Assembly: GCF_001194135.2 (NCBI RefSeq)
Contig: NC_068981.1
Location: 55,446,450 to 55,510,449, forward strand
DNA: 64,000 nucleotides
Source of the DNA: Octopus bimaculoides
Lineage: Eukaryota
Reading direction: 5' to 3'
Below, one piece after another: positions 24,188-36,386 of the stretch. A model generated the notes under the pieces. That model searched no databases. It saw only the letters and a program-made list of their open reading frames with translations, and was not told where the DNA came from. The first letter of the stretch is position 1; every line of letters starts with the position of its first letter. The translations under genes were made by a program, and so were the position numbers.

Positions 24188-25068
24188 TGAAATAGTATCA
24201 AAGGGTGCCCGGACTAGTTATGTCTAATAAAAAATAACTTATTTACCTAAGTTTTAAAATCATCTTCTTCGAAATAGTCACCTTGCACAACAATACACTG
24301 GTCCCAGCATTCCTGCCACTTTCAGAATCTGGCCTGGAAGTCATTTTCTGTAAGCGAGTTGAGGACCTTCCTGGTTTGCTCTTGATCTCAGCAACTGTGA
24401 CCTTTTGAGCTGCATTTTCATCTTGGGGAAGAGATGGAAATTCACAGGTGCTAAATCTGGTGAATAGGGTGAGTGCAGAAGTGACACCATGTTGTTTTTG
24501 GCAAGAAACTCACGAAGGAGAAGAGCTTGGTGACAGGGTGCATTGTTGTCATAAAGAATCCAGATGTTAGGATTGCCTGCATGGACCCATACGACAGACC
24601 AGCTACATCAGCAATGTCATTGATCATCCTCTGACAATTCTCATGCACAAGTTGATGAATTTTCTCCACATTTCCAGGGGTGACACTTGTGGCAGGTCTT
24701 TCAAATCACTCATTGTTTTCTAGGGATGTTCTTCTGCTTTTCAAGCACCTGTGCCACTCCAAACATTGTATACACAGCCCATTGCCTCATCACCATAAGC
24801 TTACCAAAGCAAGCTCAGTTTCTCTGCCCAAGCTTAATGCAAAATTTCGTGTTGGCTCTTTGTTCTTGTCCATGACAAAAATTGCAGACTACAGCATACA
24901 CATGATCACAAAAACACAAATTCTACAACTTGAAAAGTAAACACAGAGATTTCATTCTGCACACTGCCTCATGAAGGCCACTGCTAGCTCTCACTGTGCA
25001 CACACCACTGTGCTGCCATCTGTTGGTGTTCTACAGAACTGGTCTGGGAACTTTTTGACACCACCTCA
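24188..25068 (-). mobile_element. Mariner element, internally deleted
   Basis: TIRs TGAAATAGTATCAAAGGGTGCCCGGAC / reverse TGAGGTGGTGTCAAAAAGTTCCCAGAC with TA flanks; DNAPCHQ, HSPYSPDLAP, LFPKMKMQLKG. Confidence 0.88.
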
Positions 25069-25699
25069 TATTTTAAATTTTTTAAAGAATATCTTCTCAC
25101 TTGTCCATCCCACTGGCTAGCACATCAAAGGCAATTTGCTGCTATCATACTTCCATTATGTTTGAATTTCATGGAAATACTAAGAAGCCATTTAGCTACA
25201 TAGAAACACAAACAGATCTTCATCATCATTGTTTCAGGTTTGCTTTTCATGATAACATAGGTTTCATGCATCATCACAGTCTGAGTTTAGTTCTTATTCG
25301 GAGTTACTTCACTCTTTACTAGGTTGGAGGACCACATTTCACTCATATGTTCTAATTTTGGCTTACTTTCTATGGTTGGATGATCTTTCTTAATGCCTAC
25401 TACTTTACAGAGTGTACTGGGTACATCATATAATACACCAACACTAGAGATGTAGCCATATCATTAATAAAACTAAAGGGTCTGCTTGACTCTATATCTC
25501 TGCTCATTTGTTGACCGTTGTACAGAATCTGCTGGTTGGGGTTAGAGTGATACAAACCTTAGTGGGATTGAATTGTACCTTTGTAAGATTAGTAAGTTCT
25601 TAGGGAGCCAACTAGGCATTTAAGGGAATTTCTGGTGTACTCATAGTATGTTCTGCTTCAGTGCAAATATCACATACAAAGCTTACACTCTGTTATTTT

Positions 25700-26420
25700 G
25701 GTGTTGATTACACATTTCTTCTGTGTTTATAGGTTACATTGGTTTCAGTTTAAGGAGTTTATAACTACTCCTTCTCTGCATATCAAGCAAGGTCTTTTCC
25801 ATGAAGATACCAGAATCTTATCTTCTTTCTTACTTACTAAAACTTTCATCTCTGCCAAGTTTATGTTAAGATCTCCCAATTCTGGGTTTAGCTTCCAAAC
25901 TTTGAATTTTCTCTCAAATTATTTTACAGATTCAGTTTTGAGAACTAGATCATCAGTAGATGGAGTTCCCATGGACAGCCACTCTTAAACACCTCTGTGA
26001 TGGTCTGTAGGACTATGATGAATAGAAAGGAATTGAGAATTGTACCTTGTTGGACACCTACCCTCATGCTAAAATTCACCACTGAAATCATTGTTGATTC
26101 TCACTTTACTTACTACAGCATTATACATAGTTTGTACAGACCTCACAAGTCATTCACCCACTCTAAGTTTCCTCAGTAACCCTTAAATTACTGAATGTGG
26201 TACACTGTCAAGTGCCTTCTCCAAATCAATGAAAGCCAGGAATAGTGGTATATTCTGGCCAAGTATTTATCCTACAGTTACCTCACTAGCAAGGTTGCAT
26301 CAGTGATATCTCTTTTGGACATGAAACCAAACTGCATCTCAACAAGGCCTACTGTCATGGATCAATTGTATTATGACTCTTTCTATGACTTTCATGACTG
26401 ATCTAGTAGTTTGATTCCTC
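25700..26420 (-). mobile_element. RTE LINE reverse-transcriptase fragment
   Basis: Reverse reading gives RVGVQQGTILNSFLFIIVLQTITEVFK and GCPWELHLLMI (decayed LLYADDL). Confidence 0.8.
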
Positions 26421-26449
26421 TATAATTGCTTCTCTCTGAGGCAGTGGAT

Positions 26450-27430
26450 TATCAACTGGGGTCCATATGCCCAAGATGCCACACAGTGGTACTGAGCTCA
26501 AAAACATATTTGGGAAGCACACTTCTCACCACACAGCCACACCTATATGTACATATAAATATAAATATTCTTTTATTCTTTTACTTGTTTCAGTCATTTG
26601 ACTGTGGCCATGCTGGAGTACCATCTTAAAGGGTTTTTAGTCAAAGAAATCGACCCCAGGACTTATTCTTTGTAAGCCTAGTACTAAATCTATTTGTCTC
26701 TTTTGCTGAACTGCTATGTTACAGATATAAACACATCAACATCAGTTGTCAAGCGATGGTGGGGAGCAAACACACACACACACACATATATATAATATAT
26801 TCTGTTACTTGTTTCAGTCATTTGACTGTGACCATGCTGGAGCACCGCCTTTAGTCAAGCAAATTGACCCCAGGACTTATTCTTTATAAACCTAGTACTT
26901 ATTCTATCGGTCACTTTTGCCGAACCACTAAGTTACGTGGACGTAAACATACCAGCATTGGTTGTCAAGTGATGTTGGGGGAGACAAACACAGACACACA
27001 AACATATACACACACATACATATATACATATATACGACGGGCTTCTTTCAGTTTCCATCTACCAAATCCACTCACAAGGCTTTGGTCAGCCTGAGGCTAT
27101 AGTAGAAGACACTTGNNNNNNNNNNTTCAGTTTCCATCTACCAAATCCACTCACAAGGCTTTGGTCAGCCTGAGGCTATAGTAGAAGACACTTGCCCAAG
27201 ATGCCACACAGTGGGACTGAACCCAGAACCATGTGGTTGGTAAGCAAGCTACTTACCACAGAGCCACTCCTACACCTATATGATGGACTTCTTTCAGTTT
27301 TCATCTACCATATCCACTCACAATCTTTGGTTGGCTCGAAGCTATAGTAAGACACTCGCCCAAGGTGCCATGCAGTGTGACTGAACCTGGAACTATGTAG
27401 TTGGGAAGCAAGCTGTTTGCCACACATACA
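26450..27430 (-). mobile_element. Cluster of three to four SINE family A copies/fragments
   Basis: Repeated TTACTTGTTTCAGTCATTTGACTG 3' ends and TTCAGTTTCCATCTACCAAATCCACTCACAAGG 5' halves; includes a 10-N gap with a duplicated overlap. Confidence 0.85.
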
Positions 27431-28173
27431 CACACACACACATACACACACACACATACATATAGAAATGTGTGTGTATGAATATCAATTGATGCTTATA
27501 GTACATATTGGAAGTGGCTGAGTAAGGGAAATAATGCCCTATTATGCTGAAAATAGCCCACAGAAGTAGGACACTCACTAGTCATTCTCATTTTGAATCA
27601 GGTAGTATAGGAAGGGGTCATTCCTAGTGACTCATATTGCTGTATCATCATCAAATGTTACAAGGAAAAGCAGATACTCTAGAATTAAGCCAGTTCAAAC
27701 TGATGATGAACAGAGTCATAGAAGTAACAGAGTTTTAGCATAACTACTTAAGGAAATTATCTTGATGAAAATAGCTCAGATTTGTACCAGGACTACTGCT
27801 CTCTTCCAAGTGAATTATTTTGGGAGAGGAATAGCAAAATGGTACTAACAAACAGACATGCACACACTCTTTCATTCAAGTGATCACTATATACCATTTT
27901 GCCACCCACTTCCCAACTTAGTTAACCACTTCCAACTTTACTGACCATTAGCTTTCAACTTTATATGACCTTTAGCTTTTAAATGTGAGATGTAGTCCTA
28001 ATAGCTTTAATACTTTGTTTCTCTTTCTTCATCTCTTCCTACACTTCCTTTTCTTTTCATCTGCTTTGTGAACAGTGAAAATATTTTCAACTCCATAAAT
28101 TAAAATTTAATTTACTTACAAAGTAAAACAAACTTTTTAATATCTTTTAGTTTAAATAAATCCTATTTCCATT

Positions 28174-28331
28174 GCACAAGCATGGCTGTGTGGTAAGAAG
28201 TTTGCTTCTAAACCACATGGTTCTGGGTTCAGTCCCACTGCATGGTACCTTAGGCAAGTGTCTTCTACTATAGCTCCAGGCCAACCAAAGCCTTGTGAGT
28301 GGATTTGGTAGGTTGAAACTGAATGAAGCCT

Positions 28332-28379
<48 letters not shown>

Positions 28380-28607
28380 TGTGTGTGTGTGTGAATATGT
28401 ATATATGTGTGTGTGTTTTGTGTCTGTGTTTGTCCTCCACCACAGCTTGACGACTGGTGTTGGTATGTTTACAACCCCTTAAATTAGCAGTTCAGCAAAA
28501 GAATAAGTACTAGGCTTAAAAAGTAAGTTCTGTGGTGGATTTGTTTGACTAAAACCCCTTCAAGGCCACAGTCAAATGACTGAAACAAGTGAAAGATAAA
28601 AGATAAA
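28174..28607 (+). mobile_element. SINE family A, full length, CpG-decayed
   Basis: Head CATGGCTGTGTGGTAAGAAG, central (TA)n, GACTGAAACAAGTGAAAGATAAAAG tail. Confidence 0.85.
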
Positions 28608-29519
28608 TGATACATATATACAATGCATACTTGCATACACACACACACACACACACATAATAGCTTGACTGAGTTCCACATGACTTAAAGTTTCATGAAT
28701 GGATAGGACATGTCCATCTCATCAGATGTTTGAAAGACATTCAAGATGGCATGTAGGCATTTAGACCTCTATTAGACACCTCATATTACATAGTATTAAT
28801 GTTTTCAAAGCAGCACCAACACATGTTCAGACAGGATGATGACGCCACTTTAACAGCAGGCTGCAACATAATATATTCAGTAACATTATTTCCTTCTATT
28901 GAGTAGTGACCTTATTGGTGTAAAATGTTGATACAAGTCAGTTGACTAGTCATCATTAAGTGGAATTTGAACATATTAGTGGCAGCATGTTGGTCATGCA
29001 ACCTCAACTGTAACCCAACACCATCAAAACAATTACTCCTATGTAAAGACTGCTGCCAATAATGTGTTCAATCTGCACAGAATGATGACTGAATTATTGA
29101 CTCTCACCAACTTCTTACCCAACTATGTGTAGTACAGGTTACAAGAGACTGATGCCACTGAATATACTATGCTGTAGCCCACCATCAAACTGAGACCATC
29201 ATTCTGCCAACATTTTGTCTAAAAAAAAAAAATAACTAGTGTCACTTTCTAAGTATTAATACCATGTGACTTGAACTAACCAATAGAAGCCTAAAAACCC
29301 AGAAACCAGCTTGAATTCTTTTCAAACCCTCCACTCTGCCTCTGATGTGTCCTATGCACCCATGGAACTTTTAGCCATATGGAGTTTTAATCTAGTCAAA
29401 CTGTTATTGAATACATGTAAGAACAACCAAATGTGTTGGGTGTTACTTTCTTTCTTTTGTTCATTCACTTGTATGTGTGCACGCGTGCTCATGTGTGTGT
29501 GTGTGTGCATAATGCTTAT

Positions 29520-29710
29520 ATATAAGGAATATCTAGAATATACCTATAGGTTTTTTTTTAGCCAAAGCTGTATTACAATGATCGTAAAAAATTTGTACAT
29601 TATGTATGTGGACATAAGAAAGAACAACTTTAAGTACAATTCAACTCTTTTCAGAGTTTTCATCTACAGTCTTGTATCACCTTTAAATATCCACAAATAC
29701 ATAGCTTCTA
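29520..29710 (-). repeat. Copy 1 of a diverged ~190-bp direct repeat with hammerhead-like core
   Basis: Aligns by eye to 30075-30250; minus strand GATGAA-AACTC[tgaaaa]GAGTT-GAATTGTA. Confidence 0.65.
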
Positions 29711-29793
29711 AATCCTCTAATATTAGAGGCTAAAGTAAACTGGATAGGTTAATTTGCATAGTTAACTCTTCTGTGACAGGGATTGAACATTAA

Positions 29794-30015
29794 CCCTTTA
29801 GCATTTAGATTGCCCTGTCAAATGTAATACCTATTTATTCACATTGTTTTTTTGAATCAACCATGCATTATCTCGTAGCTTCAAGATTTTAATAGTGTGA
29901 TTGTTTATATTTCATATGACACTGTAGGTAGGTGTGAGAAGCCAGATCTGGCTGATTTGAACATAAAACAGACAGAATATTTGGGCTGGATTTGGCTGAT
30001 TTAAATGCTTAAGGG
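29794..30015 (+). mobile_element. piggyBac-type MITE
   Basis: TTAA|CCCTTTAGCATTTA ... TAAATGCTTAAGGG|TTAA. Confidence 0.88.
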
Positions 30016-30074
30016 TTAAATTTCTAGTACATTAACAGTGTTTCATTTCATGGCCTAAATGTGCTATAGAATAT

Positions 30075-30250
30075 ATTTATAGGTTTTCTAGCCAACACTG
30101 TATGTTACAACGATTGTACGAAATTCATCTGTACAATATATGTATAGATATAAAAAGGGAGAACAGCTGTATGTACATTTGGACTCTTTTTTGGAATCTT
30201 CATCAGCAGTTGTGTACCACCTTTAAATAACCATAAACACATTGCTTCAG
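30075..30250 (-). repeat. Copy 2 of the direct repeat with hammerhead-like core
   Basis: Minus strand CTGATGA-A-GATTC[caaaaaa]GAGTC-CAAATGTA. Confidence 0.65.
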
Positions 30251-30562
30251 GCACCACAATTCTTTTTGTAGTAACACATTTGTATCTTTGAGTTGGCTGG
30301 TAGCTTGCTGTGTACCCCGTCCATTGAGAACAGCTTGATAGCACTTTCGTCTTTCAGATAACAGCTGTTCTATCTTTCTATGATTTTCATCAAACCAGTC
30401 AGCATGCTTGCTTTTGGGAAAGCTGATTAAAGCAGTGGCTGTGTTATAGATTGTCTCACGCAACTGTGCCCCATAAGCATTGGCTGGTGCTGTGTCAACT
30501 GGTGCAGTGTCAGGTAGCACTTTTAATTTGCTGATCATATTTACTGCAAGTGCATGTTGCAC
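30245..30562 (-). mobile_element. RTE (BovB-like) linker-region fragment
   Basis: QLRETIYNTATALISFPKSKHADWFDENHRKIEQLL...LQKELW. Confidence 0.75.
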
Positions 30563-30602
30563 TCCAATATTTATTAAGTTGCTTGGATTCTGTCATTTTG
30601 GC

Positions 30603-30641
<39 letters not shown>

Positions 30642-30704
30642 TCACATACATATACATGCTTATAAGTTTGCGTAAAAAATACTTGATACCCCCACAATAT
30701 ATTT

Positions 30705-30945
30705 TTTTCTTTTTCTTTTATTTATTTCAGTCATTAGACTGCAGCCATGTTGGGGTACTGCCTTGAATAATCTTTAGTCGAATGAATCAATCCCAGTACT
30801 TAATTTTTCTTTTTCTTAAGCCTGGTACTTATTCTATTGATTTCTTTTGCGGAACTGCTAAGTTGAGGGGAAGTAAACACACCAACACAGTTGTCAAGCA
30901 GTAATGCGGGACAAACAGACACACAGACACATACATATAGACATC
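30705..30945 (-). mobile_element. SINE family A 3' half
   Basis: TTTCAGTCATTAGACTGCAGCCATG...GTTGTCAAGCAG. Confidence 0.75.
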
Positions 30946-30963
30946 TATATATTTAAAAAAAAG

Positions 30964-31240
30964 TCTATATATATAAAACCGAGAATGTGTGTCTGTACGT
31001 ATGCATCACTAAAACTCGAGGACTACCCAACCGATTTCATCCAAATTTTACACATGCCTTACTTAGGGTCCATGCAGTGTCATGGGCCCAATATATTTTC
31101 AACTTCTTGCCTAATGCGAGCCCGGAACAATCCCTTATCTCTTACAGTATTTCAGTACTATGTGTCAAAAGTGAAACAATAACATCTCTGTTGTAATGTG
31201 AGATAATACCTTCAGTTTTAATAGTTCCACTATTAATACT
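30964..31240 (+). mobile_element. Helitron/Helentron-like non-autonomous element, 5' part
   Basis: TCTATATATATAAAA start then TGTGTGTCTGTACGTATG and CCGATTTCATCCAAATTTTACAC, reminiscent of DINE/HINE; no 3' CTRR end found. Confidence 0.5.
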
Positions 31241-31305
31241 TTCACTATGTATATATATATATATATATATTAGTTTCCTTTCTGTTAGTTTCACTATGTA
31301 TTTAT

Positions 31306-31362
<57 letters not shown>

Positions 31363-31444
31363 TATGTATATAATTATATCATTTACATCTTTGTATATAT
31401 ATATATATATATATATAATAATAATATTAGGGATAATAGGGATA

Positions 31445-33400
31445 ATCTAATGCATCACCTTTACCTTTGATCCAAATTGATCAGTGCCCCACCCATGCCA
31501 GGTTCCTTAACTACCCTGTCAGATGGAGGTTATCATAGATACTCCTACCTGGCATGGCGCACATTTGCGCCTTGTCGACTAATTTCTCGATGACAAATGC
31601 CAACCTCTCAGCTAACACCGTGTCCAAAATTTTCAAATCTGCATTGAGCAGAGTGATGGGCCTGAAGTTATCTATGATGTTCCCCTTGTTTGGATTTTTT
31701 TTTAGCAGTGCCACCGCTCCTCGCTTGACAAAGACAGGGATACTCCTGTTCTTCTGCCAGTTGCAGTAGATAGCTGCCAAGATGCCTCTAAACAAGTCTG
31801 GCATAAGCCTGGGGACTTGTCTCCTGCACAACTTGCCATCACATACGCGGCTGTGAGGGGTCTTTTACAACACTTTGCCTCTCTTGCTGAGAGTCGTGGC
31901 AGGCCATGCAGGTAGGCACTAAAGTTCACACTGCATTCTGACCCACCAGTTGTCCTGAACAGTTGGGTAAAGTCTTGTTGAAAGGCCTCACACATCCTTT
32001 CAGGCTCGAGTGCTTTGCACCCCTGTTCATCTGTCAGGGACCTAATGGTGGCTCTGTTGCCTCATTGCACCTCTGCTACTCGGGCCTCTCGGGCAGCTCC
32101 AACTCATTCATTCCTCAGAGCAAGCATCCTAGCTCTGACAACGCATCCTTAGTGTTTGGCGTTGAAGTGTTGGTCAAAGGCCAACCTCACTGCCAGTACG
32201 TTGGACGCGATGCCAGTTCTAAGTGCCACTTCTAATTTCTTAACTAGGTCTCCCTCTATTCTATTTTGGTCTAATGCTAGGGCCTTACTGTACCTAACCG
32301 ATTCTGCTTTAATTGCTTTCATTAGGGCATACCACCATCTGTTGTTGATAATGGCGCCCGTCAATGCCCTCTTAACTAATGTGCTAATCCGGTCCCTGTA
32401 AGCCTGGCGTGCCGTGAATGACAGTAACTGCTTCCACTAACTGGGACCCTGCCTATGTGTCTTATCTAAGTCAAGTGTACAAGTCACAAATCTGTGGTCT
32501 GTGTAGCTGACTATGTGGAATTGTGGACAACCTACACTATCCTTATCCACTGTCCTACAGAATACTCTATCTAAATATGATCTGGACGACCCAATGCAGT
32601 TGTTCCATGTCCGAATTGGCACATCCGAGTGGTCCAGTCAGTACCTGTCAGACAGTTGGAAACATCTGAGCAAGTCTTTGAGGTATTTGCATCCCCTCCT
32701 ATTACTATCTCTGCCCACATAGTCTAGATGTGTGTCCAGGGTAGCATTCCAATCCCCCACTAAAAGTAAAGGTTGAGACATTCCCAGGAAAACCTCTAGA
32801 CATCGAAAGAAATCTGGCCGGCCTGTTAAGGATGGTGCATAAACTGTTATCAGTCAAAAAGCACACCCATTGCTGCCATCGACATCCAAGATGACCAGCC
32901 TACCCTCTGGGTCTAGGAAAATTGCTCTTACTTTGAGGTCCAGACTCTTCCGAAGAAGCACCGCAGTACCTCCTCCACCCATTCTTGGCAGACAGAGAGA
33001 AAAATAGATGTCAAAATGTTCGCCAAACATGTGCTTGAGAGCCCGTGGGCTGTGGAGTCTGGTCTCGCTGATGGCTATGATATGCAGATTTTGTGACTTG
33101 ATGTCGTTTAACAGGTAACCTTGATTCCAAGGCGACCCCAAGACACGTACATTTATACTGCCTATTTTGAGCATGTTCCTATTGAAGGTTGTGTTTTACA
33201 CACAAAAGGGAGATGAAAGAGAAAGAAGAGAGTTACTTACTGTCCGAAAGTTGTTTGTCCATCACCTCACAGTCTTCTTCCAGAAGGTTTTTGTATAGTT
33301 TTCTAGAGAGGTATCTTTGGAATCTCCCTACTGCATCCGGGTAGAGAGATTTCAGTGTGGTGTGTGTGTTCTTTGTTATGTGTATGATTTTAATTGTACT
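31445..33400 (-). mobile_element. Tx1/L1-clade LINE: ORF1 end, APE domain, start of RT; pseudogenised
   Basis: MLKIGSINVR..IIAISETRL..GGGGTAVLL..DPEGRLVILD; DKSPGL; NFRPITLLNADLKIL..LAERL..PGRSIYDNL; putative ORF1 end ...VMDKQLSDSK* at 33233. Confidence 0.88.
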
Positions 33401-33610
33401 AACCCCGCCCAAATGGGAAGACAAAATGTTTTTGACAAAAATTGCTCATTGCTTGAAAAATATTGGTCAAGTTTAATAAAATTTAATATGTACTCAATGC
33501 ATGACATGTCATTATTGGGCTCAAGTCCCAATGAAGAGCCCTCCAATAGGGCAGTTTTTAAGCTGTATATACATATATATAAACATTATATGCATACACA
33601 CATTTATTTG

Positions 33611-33657
<47 letters not shown>

Positions 33658-33675
33658 GNNNNNNNNNNNNNNNNN

Positions 33676-33713
<38 letters not shown>

Positions 33714-34074
33714 ATACATATATGTGTGTGTTTGTATGTATGTATATCAATATCATCACCATTATATGCAAGCAAAAATATATTTTCTCTTAGCTGAAAC
33801 ATGTTTTCATGGAAGACTGGAAATCAATGATACTGCTTTATATGACTATCATGGTCTTATACATCTGCTATGTGATTGTGACATCATGACAAAAAGACAC
33901 AAAGACGCACGCACACGCACACACACACACACACACACATATACACAAATATAAAGATGACAGCCTTTGGTCAGCTTTGGACTATTACTGAAGATACTTG
34001 CCCAAGGTGCCACACAAAAACAGATGCATAAAGTTAGCTAGATAGATTTAGATATTTATGTATGTATTATTGTT

Positions 34075-34385
34075 GTCATCATCGTTTAACATCTGTTTTC
34101 CATGCTGGCATGGATTGGACGGTTTGAATGGAGGCCGGCAAGCCAGGAGGCTACACCAGGCTCCAATCTGATCTGGCAGTGTTTCTACAGTTGGATGCCC
34201 TTCCTAACACCAACCACTCCAAGAGTGTAATGGGTGCTTTTTATGTGCCACCGGCACAGGAGCCAGCCAGGCAGCACTGGCCATCATTCGGATAGTGCTT
34301 TTTATGTGCTACCGGCACAGGAGCCAGTCGGTGGGGCTGGCATCAACCATGTTCGGATGGTGCCTTTTACGTGTTACTGGCATGT
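34075..34385 (-). mobile_element. RTE 3' UTR with three internal tandem units
   Basis: CATCATCGTTTAACATCTGTTTTCCATGCTGGC tail plus three GTGCTTTTTATGTGCCACCGGCAC-type units. Confidence 0.8.
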
Positions 34386-35021
34386 AGAAATAATAATAAA
34401 CCTTTCTACTGTAGGCACAGTTGAGTCAGTGCCATCAACCATGGTACTTAATTGGTACTTAATATATATATTTCTCTGTGTGTATAGGTGCATGTATATG
34501 TATATGTTGATATGTGTGTGTACATATTTTATGTATGTGCTTATATATTCGTATATGACATATATATTTCTGTATGTATGTGTGTATATACATACATAAA
34601 TAATCTGAGAAGATGGCCTTCAAAGATAGTTTCTGTGTGAAAGGAATTTGCAAACTATTAATTTACAAATTTAAGTGCAAAACCATAAATAAAATTAAGA
34701 ATGCTGAGACATGAATGTTCTTGTACTTGTTAAACGATATCAATACTCAAACAAGTAATATTGTCTTTTTATTTTAATAGCTTATATATTTAGTGAAATC
34801 TATAGGTGTCACTGTTCTAATGCTCTATAATGGATATTATCAAATTATCTCTATGCCAACTTGGAAAATGTGTTGGAAACTTATTCTTCTTGGAACATCA
34901 ATATTTTAACCCTGTAACATTTAAACCAGTCATACCAGCCCAAATATTTTACTTGTTTTATATTCAAACTCACCAGATCTGCTCTCTTATACCTATCCTA
35001 TTCTAAAAATAAATAATCATA

Positions 35022-35408
35022 GGCGTAGGAGTGGCTGTGTGGTAAGTAGCTTGCTTATGAACCACATGGTTCCGGGTTCAGTCTCACTGCGTGGCACCTT
35101 GGGCAAGTGTCTTCTGCTATAGCCTCGGACCGACCAAAGCCTTGTGAGTGGATTTGGTAGACGGAAACTGAAAGAAGCCCATTGTGTATATGTATATATG
35201 TGTGTGTTTGTGTGTCTGTGTCTGTCCCCCCAACATCGCTTGACAACCGGTGCTGGTGTGTTTACGTCCTCGTAACTTAGCGGTTTGGCAAAAGAGTCCG
35301 ATAGAATAAGTACTAGGCTTACAAAGAATAAGTCTTGGGGTCGATTTGTTCAACTAAATGTGGTGCTCCAGCATGGCCACAGTCAAATGACTGAAACAAA
35401 TAAAAGTG
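35022..35408 (+). mobile_element. SINE family A, full length, CpG-rich (young)
   Basis: GGCGTAGGAGTGGCTGTGTGGTAAGTAGC head; TSD-like TAATCATA / TAATCACA. Confidence 0.92.
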
Positions 35409-35440
35409 TAATCACATCACTCTCCCCAAGCTGCCATATA

Positions 35441-35770
35441 TTGTGCATGACTCAGTGGTTAGAGTATTCAGGTTACAGCCATAAGGTTGTGAGGTCAATA
35501 CCCAGCAATGCATTGCGTCCTTGAGCAAGACTCTTTATTTCTTGTTGCTTCAGTCCACTCTACTGGTAAAAAGGGTAGCACCTGTAATTCAAAGGGCCAG
35601 CTTTGTCACATTCTGCGTCACACTGAATCTCCTTAGGAACTACATTAAGAGTAAGTATGACTAAGCAGTGCTCAGCCACTCGCACCTTAATTTCATGAGC
35701 AGGCTGTTCCNNNNNNNNNNATTGATTGGATCAACTGGAACCCCTGTCATCATAACCGATGGAGTGCCAG
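35441..35770 (+). mobile_element. Hybrid SINE (E-like head/core, B-like 3' half)
   Basis: TTGAGCAAGACTCTTTATTTC..GTTGCTTCAGTCCACTC then CCTGTAATTCAAAGGGCCAG...GGAGTGCC. Confidence 0.8.
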
Positions 35771-36386
35771 TTCCCCCCCCCCCTTAATGCAAGATTAATT
35801 CAAAATAATGTGAATAAATAAGCATTACATTTGACAGAGTAATCTGAATGCTAATGGGTTAAATAAATGAATTTGCAGAATGCTATTTATTGTAAAAGTG
35901 AATGGTGAGGATAATTACTGGAAGTTGCTGGAACTAATTACTGACCTTTTAATAATGTCAATATATCTAGATATTTGAAATGTCCTTTTACATATGCTAT
36001 TTTTAATCTATACTAGAAAATTGTTCTGTTATTTAGTGCAGCAGGACATTTAAAATTTCGCCTATAAATGTTGTATATTATCCTTTATATGCATCTATGT
36101 TTAATACTTAATGTAAATACATCATTGAAAGGCAAGTTACTGCAATATTCTTCCAGAGATAACATCTCTTAGGGATATGTGTTTAAAAACAAAATATGTC
36201 AGTGTGACAAAGTTTATATGCAGTATATTATATGATGTATATCATATCCATACTAAAGTACATTTTTGAAAGGCAAGTTAATGTGATATTCTTCCAGAAA
36301 TAGCATCTCTTGTGGATGCACTGTATTTAAAAACATAATATATATCAGAGGGAGGTGAAAATCATGCCAACAGCAGCTAGTAAGAA

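Larger units (their letters stand above)
34910..35858 (-). mobile_element. piggyBac-type MITE (same family as 29794) split by two SINEs
   Basis: TTAA|CCCTGTAACATTTAA at 34906 and TGAATGCTAATGGG|TTAA at 35862; three pieces rebuild the 29794 element in reverse. Confidence 0.8.

Noticed and set aside
27047-27194. Perfect 69-bp tandem duplication
   Set aside because: Identical sequence on both sides of a 10-N gap is an unmerged contig overlap, not biology.
27690-27735. CTGATGA box near 27700 as another hammerhead or C/D snoRNA
   Set aside because: No convincing stem II plus GAAA, and no terminal stem or D box.
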